Counted from the stretch's first letter, positions 40,007 through 52,469 are shown. The stretch: DNA of 64,000 nucleotides from Azolla caroliniana (GCA_043228905.1 JBHGNT010000012.1:3968001-4032000); one strand, 5' to 3'. Translations and numbers: made by a program. The notes: generated by a model from the sequence alone, not told the origin.

Positions 40007-43000
40007 AGAGGGCTATCAAGGCGTGGGGCCGCGATAGTCCGGACACCCGGGAAAAACCCCACAAATGTACAGTACGGAAGAAGACCTGTACCATAGGTAG
40101 GAAATTTTGGTTCTCCAACAACGGAGGTTGTACTCTGGCCAGTGTCAACGGCCGGGAAAGGAAGCGAGCGGAGGAGCGGCTCAGGGGATGCAGAGTCCTC
40201 TTCCCCGACGAAGACATCAGCGGCGCCGTGGAGGCGGTCTCTTTTGACGACACCTTGGGCGACTTGCGAAAGGTGATCGGTGAAGACCTTAGAGAAGACC
40301 GGACCGTTCTAGTAGGTTTGATTTGAATGTACATAGTCATCGCGGACTTCAGGGAAAGGATCGTGTCGGATCGGGCGGCCCGCGTGGATACAAAGTACAA
40401 GACTGTGGACCGGAAGGTGAGGCCGGTCGCGGCACCCTTGCTGGAGGGCAGCGAGGAGCGGATAAAAGGGATCGTGTCGGACCCGAGTTTATGGAATCCG
40501 GCTGGCACAGGGCACCGGTTCACCGACATAACGCTACGGGAGCTCAAGGTTGGTGGGGGTGGCTTTCTACTACCGGCAGAGCAGAATAGGTTTCGGAGAA
40601 TGCTCGGAAGGCATGGGAAAGCCTTCGCGTTCTCGCCGGAGGAGATCGGGTGTGTGGACCTGACGATCGTCGAACCGATGGTGATCTTCACGGTACCGCA
40701 TGTACCGTGGAATCTCAAACCAATTCTAGTGCCGAGAGCTCACATCCCGAAGTTGATGGAGCTTCTAAAGCAAAAGGTGGAGATGGGCATCCTCGAACCG
40801 TCGAGTGCCCCGTACTCGAATCGTGGTTTATGGTGCCGAAGAAGAATGGCACGTTGCGCTTCATTCAGGACCTGCAACCGGTCAACAAGGTGACCATCCG
40901 TAACACAGGAATCGGACCGACCATAGACGAGTTTGGGGAGGCCTTCGCTGGAAGGTTGATCTATTCGGTCGGTGACTTATACTCAAGGTACGACCAATTC
41001 CAGCTAGCCGTGGAAAGCAGGGATATCACGACGATGCGAACTCCTCTCGGCCTAGAACGGATGTGAACCCTACCACAAGGCGAGACAAATTCGGTGGCGC
41101 ATATGGTGAACGCAATGAACAAGGTGCTAAGGGACTGCATCCCGGACATCACCATGCCGTTCTTGGACGACATCCCGATAAAGGGGTGTCCGGTGGATGA
41201 TGCAGACGAGACTGTCGGGCCAGACGGATGTCGGAGGTTCGTCGTGAGAAGGTGCTGCAGAGGCTCGAAAACGCACGACTCACCTTCTTCGGAGAAAAAT
41301 CGGCGTTCGGGCAGTCAAAGATCTTAGTGGTCGGACACCTGTGTGGGCCCTACGATAGGAAACCGACTTCGGCAAAGGTAGAGGCCATCTCAGCGATGAG
41401 GGATGATTGCGGGTCGGTCACGGAGGTCCGCAGATTCTTGGGAGCATGTGCGTTCTACCACATTTGGATTCCACACTACGCACATGTTGTGGAGCCTCTC
41501 TACGGGCTATTAAAGAAAGGGTGTGGGTTCGAGTGGAGGATGGAGCACACGAAGTCGGTCCGGAGACTAAAGGAGGCGCTTACGGTAGCGCCAGCCCTCC
41601 GTAAAGCGGTTTACGACAAGGGTGTCCCCATTTGCGTGACGGTGGACACGAGCCCGACTGGGATCGGGTGGGTAATCAGTCAGGAGGACAAGGACGGCGT
41701 ATGATTCCCGATCCGGTTCGGGGTGAAGGTATTGAGCAAGCGGCAACGGGGATACGCCCAAGTTAAGCGGGTATCGTTTCAGCAGTCAAAGTCGATAAGG
41801 ACTATCTGATCGGGACAAAGGTGATCATCAAGACGGACTACTTGCCGATACTCAGCATGGTTTCCAGATGCGTGACATTGGACCTAGCAATGCTCCGGTG
41901 GATAGCGTACATTAAGTCCCTGAACCCGGAGATACGGCACATCTCTAGAAAGGACAATGCCATGGCCAACATGCTTTCGAGAGCGAGGTTCAACGACGAA
42001 GACGACATGGTTTCGGATGACGAAGAAGTCGGCGAGGACTTCTTCGAGTCGGCTAACGTAACGACGGGGAAAAAGGACATTCCGGTGCTTAATGAATTTG
42101 ACGAAAGCAAGTACGACGGGGAGTGGCTCCAAATCGGGAGGTTCCTATAGACGATGACGCCGGACGCAGCAAGGATGAGGCAAGAGGCGAGCCGGGTACG
42201 GAAGAAGGCGTATCGATTCTTCCTGCGGGACGAGTGCATATGGAGGCACCCAAAGAAGAGAAACGACATCCCGCTTCGAGTAGTGGCAAAGAAAGAAGAA
42301 CAGGAGGAACTACTGGCGGCATTTCACGAGAGTTCCTGGGCCGGGCACCGCGGAACGTGGGCCACGTTCGAGAAGCTGAAGGAGAAGTACTGGTGGTCGG
42401 GGTTGTACCAGGACGTGCATCGGTTCGTAACGACTTGTGAAAGCTGTTAGATGCACTCCGTATTCTGACATAGGGACGAGTTGCACTCGACTTACCCGCC
42501 TGCGGTCCATTTCAAGTGGATGGTGGACTTGGTGACGATGCCGATGGGAATAGGACAGATGTGATACCTGGTGCTTGCATGGGAAGACTTAACGAACCAG
42601 GTGGAAGGCCATGCACTACAGAACAAGACAACCGCGGCGGTATGCCGGTTCCTGATCGAAGAGGTAGTGTGTCTGTACGGGTGCGTCGGGAGGATCTTGG
42701 CGGACCGGGTAGAGCTGGATGTGTGAGAAGCTGAGGAGTTATTCGACCTGTTGGGCGTCAAACTCTCCCTCACTGTGACGTACAATCCGGAGGCGAACGG
42801 GAAGGTAGAACGTGGGCATGGGCCGATCGTAAAGGCGTTGGTGCGTGCATGCGGAGGGTAGGTCGGGAATTGGCCGCAGCTCCTTCCTTACGCACTATGG
42901 GCAGACCGAACTACGCACAGTTTGATGACAAGGTTTATGCCAGTAGAGCTGATGTACGGACAGAAGCTGATCATGCCGGTGGAACGGACGGTTTCTTCAT

Positions 43001-43461
43001 GGGCGGCGGTAGATTGGAAGGACGAGATGAGCCGGGAGGAGTTGCTGGCGGCGCGGATTTGGCAACTCAAGCGGAGGCCGGAGGACACAAAAAGGGCGAA
43101 GGAAAAGCTGCGGGCGGCAAGGGAGCGGAACAAGACCCGGTTCAACCGGACACACTGGTTGCGACCAAAGAAGATCGAGAAAGCAAATTGGGTCTTGGTG
43201 TACGACAACAGCCTCGACAATCAGCACAAGGCGGTGCGGAAGTTTGCTAGTACGTGGTTCGAGCCCTACACGGTGACGAGCGCGAACGACAACGGCACGT
43301 ACCACCTCGCGGAACTCGACGGGACACGGCTAGCAATGCCGGTTGGAGGGAAGTGGATCAAAGCGTTCAAGAAGCGGTTTGAAGACGAGTCGGAGTCTGC
43401 GAGCGGGAGCGACAACAACGATCGGTTCGGGCCCAGCGGAGAATCGGAGAGCAAAAAGTGA
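40007..43461 (+). pseudogene. pol: RT-RNase H-integrase ORF2 of element A, disrupted
   Basis: LRFIQDLQPVN, MPFLDDIPIKG, VTVDTSPTGIG, HESSWAGHRG, YNPEANGKVE. Confidence 0.92.
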
Positions 43462-44043
43462 AGCCGGTTTTCTTCGGTATCTACCCGTCTCTGGCGCATG
43501 CCGGTGGATGCTCGGTTTGGTGGGGGTGGATGTCGTGAAGAAAACCGGCCACAGGCGGAATCGGACAAAAAGGCGAACGAACCGGCTCTTACACGGACGG
43601 ATGTGTGAATTGAGATTTTGATATTGATTCATAAATGGATCGGTTGATGTAAATACTAAGTAGTACACATTTATTAGGGGATTGTGCGTATCTCTGTCAG
43701 AAGGGACAGGGAATAAAGCGATTTAACTAGGGGAAAAGGGGCACCCCCCCCCTTTTGGGACGAAGTGTTGCTACAGAACCGAGTGCCGAGCTCTCTCTCC
43801 TTGAATTGTCGTTCTCTGCGGGTGTCGGGAGTTCGCGGCCTCTGCTTCGTGGACAACCCGTGTGCTTCCAGCAGAGTCCCTACCCTTCCCCTTCCCCCTT
43901 TTGTTTTCTTCGAGTCGTGTGGCTGTCGTCGATGTGCGTGAGTAGGACCCCGTGTCGGGTCCGTTACCGAGCTGCCGGTTGTAAGCTATTGACTATAGTA
44001 ATCGGATTCCTGTTTTCCTTGCTCTTAATCTCTCTTTGTGTAC

Positions 44044-44086
<43 letters not shown>

Positions 44087-45400
44087 TGGTCCGAGACCCC
44101 CGTGGTCCTGCCTCTATCTACACGTACGCGCGTAACAACGCGACACCATTCCACTCGGTCAATCAACCTAATGAACAATAGGACTTTGTCCACCCCCACC
44201 AGTCTTTGTTCCCGCTCTGGTAGCCGAGTAAAGCGCTGCTCAAACTCCTGTAATGCCTTCATTGCGCCCCGGTGGGTCTTCACTGATGCTACCGATTAGT
44301 CGAAGTCATGCCATCCCCGGCTTTTCGGCCATCCTCTGTATGCCTGTAGGAGTGCCTCTTCGAAGGCCTCCCACAAACTATGAGCTTCACGGAACTCCTT
44401 TACTTCCATGTGCATACGGACAACTATGAGCCTCAATGCCTCGTCTATGCCTTGCACTTCCATTTCTACTTTGTAAGCTTCGAAGTAGAATGGGACTTTG
44501 TCCCCGTTGAAATGACCAACTCTTTCGACCGCTTGTCGTGCCGCTTCTCGACTCATTGTCACTCGTCCGAACTCCATCACCACTTCGGCCACCATCTCCG
44601 TGAAGTCATTGTCTTCGGACTCCATCTTCCCTTGCTACCCTTTCACGCAGGGTTCAACAAAGATGTCGTGGAAATCCGCGAGTACGTGTCGGATCCGGGT
44701 AGGACCACTAGGATCTTGGACTGGGAAGAGATGGGTTTCCGGACGGTCGAGCTCTCTAGAGATGGATATGCCATCGAGACACCGGCCGGAGTAGTTCCGG
44801 ATGCGACCTAGAGACAACCGATCCGGACGCTGTCGTGAAGATTTCCAGCAATAGTGTGAAACCGGGGTGGAATGGGCAAATCGGTGGAGTGCAACATGTG
44901 CACGTGTATACTAGGAAATGGTGTGTAGAAAGAAGAGGGGAATTTTATCCCAAATTGTAAGGTCCCCCCTTCCTTGGGCTATAAAAGGAAGGGAGGGGTA
45001 ACTTATGAGGGGTTACCTATTTTGAGGGAGAGAGGCATACCACTTAGGTCGAGGGTTTCCTATTCGGTTTTATGGTTTCGGTTAGGGTTTTCTTCTTGGG
45101 TTTTCCTTTAGGGTTTTCTTATAGTCGTTTGGTGCGGCCATGGCAGCCACCATTGTTGTAATCATTCGCTTGTTTTTAATATAGCTTGTTGTGGATCTTG
45201 CTTCCATCTATTTTGGTCTACGCTTATGTGCTACTTTTCATCTTCTCATCCGGTGTTAAGCTTCCATTTCTTATATCTTATTCTTTCTCCTCTACTCCCT
45301 AGTCCAAGACCCCCGTGGTCCCGCCCTTCAACACGCACGCGCGTAACAACGCGACATCTTTGGTGAACCCAACGTGAAGAGGCGGCAAGGGAGGACGGAG

Positions 45401-46177
45401 ATGGAAGAAGACTTCGACTTCGAGGAGATGATGGCAAAGATCGTAATAGATGCGCGACGGAAAAAGGCGAGGCGAGATGCAGCTCAACAAGCCGTCGAGA
45501 GGGTGGTCGATCGAGTCGGCCAATTCAACGGGGACGATGTCCCGAGGTTCTTGGAAGCGTACGATGCCGAGATGACGGAGTGGGGCGTGGACGAAGCGAT
45601 GCGGCTAGAGTATTTTCGTCGAGTGGCGGCCGTATCGGTGCATAAAGAGGTCAAGGAGCTTCAAGAAGCTCACAAGTCGTGGGAGTCCTTCGAGGGAGCT
45701 CTAATGGAGGCATACGGATATGCGAAACCAAAGTGGGTATGCCGGAAATATGATGGGGAGCGGTCGGCAACGACTTGGCCCGCGAGCGACGGAAAAGAGA
45801 GGGCGGTGGGCGGCTACACACCACCGCCGGAAAAGAGCTTGACGCGTGATCAACCGGAGGAGTACGACTTCGAGGCATTGGTATGGGAGGCGTGCGAGAG
45901 CGTGAAGGTGAAGTTCGAAGCCGAGGAAGGGCTTATTATGGAGTTGGGCCCAAGCGGATTGAAGGATGCGGAGGAAGAAGCCTCCCTACGTGTGGAGGAC
46001 AGGGCCTATGCGGAGGCCGAAAGAGCGTGCAACGGAGGCATGGGAGAGGCTGTGGAGCGAGCGACCCTCTCGTCTTGTGGCAAATGGACAACCATGGATG
46101 AGGCCAATGACTATGGAGTGGGAAGCGTCACTTCGAGAGTGGGCGGAGGATTCGGGGCACGGTGGCCCAAAACATAA
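45401..46177 (+). CDS. gag: Gag-like N-terminal ORF of element C
   Basis: VVDRVGQFNGDDVPRFLEAYDAEM aligns with IVGTIGRFGGKDATSYLEAYRAEM of the autonomous Gag; ATG at 45401. Confidence 0.75.
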   Translation: MEEDFDFEEMMAKIVIDARRKKARRDAAQQAVERVVDRVGQFNGDDVPRFLEAYDAEMTEWGVDEAMRLEYFRRVAAVSVHKEVKELQEAHKSWESFEGALMEAYGYAKPKWVCRKYDGERSATTWPASDGKERAVGGYTPPPEKSLTRDQPEEYDFEALVWEACESVKVKFEAEEGLIMELGPSGLKDAEEEASLRVEDRAYAEAERACNGGMGEAVERATLSSCGKWTTMDEANDYGVGSVTSRVGGGFGARWPKT

Positions 46178-47350
46178 AGCGGGAAGGCGGGTGGCCGAAA
46201 TGACAACGAAGGGGAGGCGGCAAGTGTAATCGAGGCTTGCGCGATCGGAGGCAGGGTAGCCGCGGACAACGACGTCCGGACGAAGGCGGCTACGGACACA
46301 ATGAGCGGTGGTGCCGGGTCCTTACCCACACCGGTCCTAGAGTCTCCGGTGGCTGGCCCGAGTGCCGGCATGAGACCTAGAGCGATGGGCGGTGGCGGCG
46401 GCGGCGGCAAGGCGGGCGAGAACGACGGCGAGAACGACGAGGAAGAGGTGGCGGCAAGTGTAAACGGACACGGGGTAGCCACGGACGACAATGACCAAAT
46501 GGAGGTGGCTACGAACGAAACGAGTGGCGGTGACGAGTCCTTACCCACACCGGTCCTAGAGGCTCCGGCGGTCGGCCCGAGTGCCGGCGTGAGGCCTAGA
46601 ACGACGGGTAGTGGCGACAGCAAGGCAGGCAACCGAGACAACGACGAAGGGGGAGGCGGCAAGCGTAATCGAGGCTTGCGCGATCGGAGTCGGGGTAGCC
46701 GCGGACAACAACGTCCGGACGGAGGCGTCTACGGACACAACGAGCGGTGGTGCCGGGTCCTTACCCACATCAATCCTAGAGGCTCCGGCGGCCGGCATGA
46801 GACCTAGAGCAACGGGCGGTGGCGGCGGCAAGACGGGCAACCACGACGGCGAGAACGACAAGGAAGAGGTGGCGGCAAGTGTAAACGGACACGGGGTAGC
46901 CACGAACGATGATGACCGAATGGAGGTGGCTATGAACGAAACGAGTGGCGGTGCCGAGTCGTTACCCACACCGGTCCTAGAGGCTCCGCCAGTCGGCCCG
47001 AGTGCCGGCGTGAGGCCTAGAGCGACGGGCGGTGGCGACGGCAAGGCGGGCAACCGAGACGACGACGTGGAAGAGACTACGGCAAGCATAATCGAGGCTT
47101 GCGCGATCGGAGGCGGGGTAGCTGCGGACAACGACGTCCGGACGGAGGCGGCTACAGACATAATGAGCGGTGGTGCCGGGTCCTTACCCACACCAATCCT
47201 AGAGGCTCCGGCGGTCGGCCCGGCGGTGTGAGACCTAGAGCGACAGAAGGTGGCGGCGGTAATGTTGGTGACCGAAATGATGACGAGGAAGATGGGAGCG
47301 GACGGAGGCATGACCCCTCGACACCGGGGCCGGAGACTGTGGCGGTTGTG
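46175..47350 (+). repeat. Coding-type tandem array, ~5-6 units of ~200-220 bp in alternating A/B subtypes
   Basis: TTACCCACA(C/T)C..TCCTAGAG.CTCCG at ~46322, 46541, 46761, 46962 and 47184, encoding SLPTPVLEAPAVGPSAGVRPRATGGG. Confidence 0.9.
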
Positions 47351-50300
47351 CTCGAATGCCAACATAAGACCGGAGAGAAGGACGGTGGCCGTGAGGAGGC
47401 ATGGCCCGGAGCGAACACGTGCGAAGATGAGGATGTGAGGCCCGGAACGGGCATACACAAGAGGACCGACGGAGAGGTCGGGAGCAGCAAGGAGGAGAGA
47501 GTCGGGAACCGACCTGACCGGAAGATGAACCGGTCGATAATCCGACACAACCGGAAGACGAGGCGGAAGAAGATTGGAGTGGGGTCCGGTCAACCGGGCC
47601 CGAACCGAAGAAGAGCCGGCAAGGCCGGATTTGTGCGGACAAACATGTACCGGCCGGTTACGATTAGGAAAGGGAGCCGAGACCGATCCGGGCAAAGGCT
47701 ATGTCGACATGATTGGAGGCCAAGGCGTACGAGCCACAACAGGCGGTGGGAGCCGGTGAGCGCGAGAAGGAGGCTAACCGGGCACGGTGATTACGGCTTG
47801 GCAGAAGACCGAGAGCAAGGGAAACCCTCCACACCTATTCTTGAGACTTTGGCGGTTGCGGATCAACATAAGACCGAAGAGACGGCGGGTGGCGGCAAGG
47901 AGTTAGAGGCCAATGCGGAGTTGGAGACCGGTGTAGATATCCGGTATGAAATATTGGACGAGCGGGGCCAAGACGGCAAGCCCGAGTCGGAATGGGCTAC
48001 GGCAACGAAGGACAAAGAGACCAACGCAGAGGTCGGGTCTACGGTGGATGAGGCGCGTAATACAAAGTATGCACTACGGCGTAAAATGGAGCATGCACTA
48101 CGGCCGGCGAAGGGCCAAGAAGCAAGCGTGCATTCGGAGAAGCCACAACGAGTGATCGACGATGACGGTCGGAGGAAGCCTTCGAGAGGCAAGCGCGGGA
48201 CGACGGACGGTGTGACGAGACGCCAAGATCGATGGAACGAGACGAGCGTGATCGGCATGAACGAAGGATTGTGTTTGGGAAAACGGAGGGAATGCGTGGA
48301 AAACGAAGGGTCACGTACCATGAAGAGCAAACGGGGCATCCCCAAGGATGTGTGTGGCCGAGCAGGCCAAGCGGGCCAAGAGAACGAGAGTTGGGATGAA
48401 GCGGTGACGGGAGTCGCGAAGGACACTAACATGGTGGTCGGGATGACGGTACGCTCTACGGCGAGAGGGCACGACGAGCGAGGGAGAAGCAAGGAGTGCG
48501 TAACGGGGTCATGTAAGGACCAAAGCACGAGCGCGCATTTGATGGACGACAACGACGCTCGGAAAGTGCCTACGGAAGCCGAGCGCAGAACGAAGGGAGT
48601 CGGTACGAGGTGTTCGGGGCAAGGAGAAGGTGGAACACACGTGATACGCGAGGAGCGGCACCCGGCGAGCAATCGAAGTAATCGGGGGTCTAACCGGAGG
48701 ACATGCGTGGTGAGCGAAGGAAGGGAGACCGGATCGGCAACGATGTTCGGGATGGCCGGTCAAAGAAGAAGGTGCGTGCGCCGGACATGGTGGATCGGAT
48801 GGAGCCGGCGGATCGGCGCCGGCAAGGGACTGGCAAGACGGTTGGGTGCAGGTAAGGCGAAAGACCCGGTTGATCACCGTCGCCGAAATCTCTCACCCTT
48901 TTCCTTTCTTGGCACATACCGGTGGATGTGCGGTTTGGTGGGGGTGGATGTCGTGAAGATTTCCGGCTATAGTGTGAAACCGGGGTGGAATGGGCAAATC
49001 GGTGGAGTGCAACATGTGCACGTGTATACTAGGAAATGGTGTGTAGAAAGAAGAGGGGAATTTTATCCCACATTGTAAGGTCCCCCCTTCCTTGGGCTAT
49101 AAAAGGAAGGGAGGGGTCACTTATAAGGGGTTGCCTATTTTGAGGGAGAGAGGCATACCACTTAGGTCGAGGGTTTCCTATTCGGTTTTATGGTTTCGTT
49201 TAGGGTTTTCTTCTTGGGTTTTCCTTTAGGGTTTTCTTATAGTCGTTTGGTGCGGCCATGGCGGCCACCATTGTTGTAATCATTCACTTGTTTTTAATAT
49301 AGCTTGTTGTGGATCTTGCTTCCATCTATTTTGGTCTACGCTTATGTGCTACTTTTCATCTTCTCATCCGGTGTTAAGCTTCCATTTCTAATATCTTATT
49401 CTTTCTCCTCTATTCCCTAGTCCAAGACCCCCGTGGTCTCGCCCTTCTACACGCACGCGCGTAACAACGTGACAACGCGTCCTGGAATACGACCGAAACG
49501 CGTTGTCGCGGAGAAAATCGGCCTTAGGTGGAATCATGGAATTTGGCACATGTAACAATGTCATGAAGATTCCGAGCCATAAGCGGAAACAAGGTGAAAC
49601 GCGCAGGGACACCGGTGTACGTGAGTGCACGCCTCGAGGGAATTAAATAGGACAAGTACTAGGCATGAGTATAAGGAGGAGTACTAGGTAGTTAGAGCAT
49701 TAAAGAAGATATAGACATCGCATAAGTAGGGAGAGTTACGAGGAGAGTAAATCAGGGGAGAGAATCTAGGACGAAAAGTGACGGGTCATGAATACTTGTA
49801 ACGGTCGCTCCTTGTGATATAAAAGGGGCGACCTTTGACTGTCTTCGGCATGCCATTGAGAGGAAAGGATATACAGAGAAGGACCGATGACTGATCACGG
49901 AAGAAGGCGCTTCCCCTGCTTGCATCAAACGCCCGAGTGCTCCCAACCTAGGGATCGACCTTTTGCGCACCGACAACTCTTTGTATCTTGCTTTTACAAA
50001 GCTCTACGCTCCATCGCCGGCTCTGATCCGGTTGTATTCACTTGCTGCACCACGCACTTGCGTTGTTTAATAGAAACCCTTTTTCTCTTAACACACGTCG
50101 TGCCCAGTCTCTTTGCCCAGTGTCTTTGACCGTGTCTACGTCCACGCACAGTTCTATTACTCTCTCTCGAGCGCTATCCTTACCTGTTTTCCCGTGGTCC
50201 CAAGACCTACGTGGTCTCTAAACTCCCCCCTCCTCGTTTTCTTGATTCCTTGGTTCAAGAACCCCGTGATCCTGCCCGACTTCTACGCATCCGAGAGGAT

Positions 50301-50356
50301 AACCTCGACATCTTTGGTGAACCCGACGTGAAGAAGGGCGGCAGAGGAATCTGGAG

Positions 50357-52469
50357 ATGAGAGGAAGCGAACTTGCAGAAGCGATGGATGTGGCGGTAGA
50401 CCGCCTGGTTAGTGCTCGCGAGGGCGCGAGTGCCATCGACCGGGCCATAGAGGCAACAATCAACAAGATAGGCCGGTTCGGCGGAAGGGACGCCACGAGT
50501 TACTTAGAGGCCTACAAATCTGAAATGCAGATGAGGAACATATCCGAAGATAGGTTAGCGGGGTTTCCCCGGGTCGTAACACCACACATCCATGCAGAAA
50601 TGGGTGAGATACAAGCGAGCTATCATGACTGGGCGGAGTTCGCAGAGGAAGTTCTTGAGAGGTACAACTATGATGATTCGCTCCGACTATCGAGAAAGGA
50701 TTTTATGGGTTGGCTCAACAGCCCCGACAAGGGTCAGAACGCTTCTGCGCTCCTCCAGGAGTTGGAGTCACGGTTCTCACGACTCTCTAGGTTCGATCGA
50801 ACCGTGCTCGAAACGAGCAAGGTTCTAATTTTTGTCACTTCGCTCGACTCACGCGTCCAGGAAAGCGTGGGTCTTCTTCTGGAAACCAACCAAGGCCTCA
50901 CGACTGACTAGGCGATCGTCAAGGAAGTATACAGCAGGATTGACAAACGCTGGGACTGGAAAGAAAAGGGATCCTCGTTGGGACTCGAAATCAGGGCCAA
51001 ACCAACGCCGACCCGAATGGAAGAAACGAGGAGGTGGCTCGAGCTAGGCCCACCCCCGGTGAACATAGTTGCGGGACCCGCAGGTGGCGCCGGACTAGAA
51101 GAACTGACAAGGATGGTGTGCGACCTCCAGATCTCCCAGGCCCGACGAAGCGATGAAGGTCAGCCGCGCGACCGGCGACCACCGGCCAATCAAAGGTGCG
51201 TATGGTGCGACGCCACCAGACATGCTCAGAGAGAATGCGCTGACTTCGGAGAAGCGCTCAGGAGTAATGTAGTCTACCTTTCGAACGGCAGGGTACATGC
51301 GAGCGACACGCGCAGATTGCTCGACACGAATTTCGGACGACGTGGCATGAAGAGGCTAATGGAAGAAGCCGCGGCTCGGCACGTCAAAGCCGTCCACTAT
51401 TCGGCTTCGGTCGGCATACGCGTAGGGGAGAAGACGACCAAACCTGATTCCAAATCTGGGTTCAGAAGACGACCAAACCTTGTCCGGAGGAAGGCTGCAG
51501 AAGGAGGAAGCAGAGCAAGCAGAAGAACGTGTTCGAAAAGTTACCGGGTGGAGCGACCTCGTTGAAGAAAGCACCGGCTTTGTGGAGGCCGCATGCAGGA
51601 ACTACGAAGCCCTGATCGACGAAAGGCGGGCGGGAAAAACCTGGGGAGCGGGCCCATCGGGGAGGCATGACACACGAAGCGCAACCGAAAAGCACGATGC
51701 CGCTCCGACCGGATCCCAGGAGAAGGAGAAGGGCAGGATTCCGAACTTCCGCTTAAGCTCGGAGATAGATAAAACAACGAACCTACAAAAGGTTCTAGAG
51801 GAGCGAGTTCTCGACAACCGCATAGAACTCACACTTAGGGAAGTGCTCGGCATAGCAAGAAGGGAGTTCCACGACAGCATCGTGGACCTTGTGAAGAGAA
51901 AGCGTCTCGCAACGGAACCGAAGCCCGAGAAGCTGGTTGAGGTAAGGGCGACACTCCTCGATGAGATAGTCGTGGAAGACGAGCTCGCAGAGAGCCACTA
52001 CGCCAAACCGTAATAGGCAAGAGCTACTACAGAAACCCCGGTTCGTATTGGGAATGTCAAGGAACCGGTGGTGGCGTTAATCGACCACGGGTCGGAAATT
52101 AACCTGATGTCCATGGACTTCTACAAAAGGGGGAATTGGCCAATCAATACCAAACATGGGTGGAAGATACGCATGGTTACAAGATCCATGGAAGAGCTAC
52201 ACGGGGCTTGCCCGAACGTTAGGGTGAGCGTCGGGGACGTTGACATAAACCAACACTTTTTCGTGCAAGAGACGTCCTCTCAACCGGTCATCCTTGGGGA
52301 ACCATACATCACGGCGACTAGAATGGAAATGAAAGTGCTGGACAATGGCTCAACCTACGCGAGGGTAAAAAGTCAAGATGGCCGTCACTCCGTTCAATTT
52401 TTTACCGTTCCGAAGAACCACGAATGAAATCGGGACACCCTCGGAAATGATAACAAGCTGGATTTTTAA
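50357..52469 (+). pseudogene. gag: gag-protease ORF1 of element D
   Basis: MRGSELAEAM start, CVWCDATRHAQREC knuckle, ALIDHGSEINLM protease; several stops. Confidence 0.88.

Larger units (their letters stand above)
37183..44145 (+). mobile_element. Element A: full-length decayed non-chromovirus Ty3/Gypsy (tRNA-Trp PBS; possibly Phygy/Selgy/Ylt1-like)
   Basis: LTRs 37183-37854 and 43531-44145, PBS TGGTGAACCCGACGTGA at 37859-37875, PPT-like GGTGGGGGTGGA, 4-bp flanks CCGT/CCAT. Confidence 0.93.
44831..49474 (+). mobile_element. Element C: complete non-autonomous Gag-only LTR element (TR-GAG-like), inserted in the 5' LTR of B
   Basis: 526-bp LTRs 44831-45356 and 48949-49474 (about 14 substitutions by eye), perfect 4-bp TSD ACGC, PBS TGGTGAACCCAACGTGA, same PPT as A, no pol motifs. 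Confidence 0.92.
31249..49503 (-). mobile_element. Element B: non-autonomous Gag-only LTR element of the tRNA-Trp Gypsy group; hosts the Tat-like element and elements A, C and E
   Basis: 3' LTR ~31249-32133; 5' LTR pieces 44664-44830 and 49479-49503 match it. Degenerate PBS TGTTGAACCCTGCGTGA. Gag-like VERVGHFNGDKVPFYFEAY (44625-44146), resuming below 37180. No RT, RH or INT motifs in the internal region. Confidence 0.82.

Noticed and set aside
38055-40718. Long minus-strand ORFs opposite gag/pol (38055-38780, 39939-40718; also 52402-53160)
   Set aside because: Antisense shadows of GC-rich coding sequence with no independent motifs.
45080-45120. Telomeric TTAGGGTTT motifs (also ~9825, ~9888, 31917)
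   Set aside because: Isolated telo-box-like motifs within LTRs, not tandem arrays.
47099-49078. 659-aa ORF as a standalone gene
   Set aside because: It lies inside non-autonomous element C, has no ATG start or recognisable domain, runs into the 3' LTR, and is probably a mix of frames in GC-rich, stop-poor sequence. It may be part of a decayed Gag extension.
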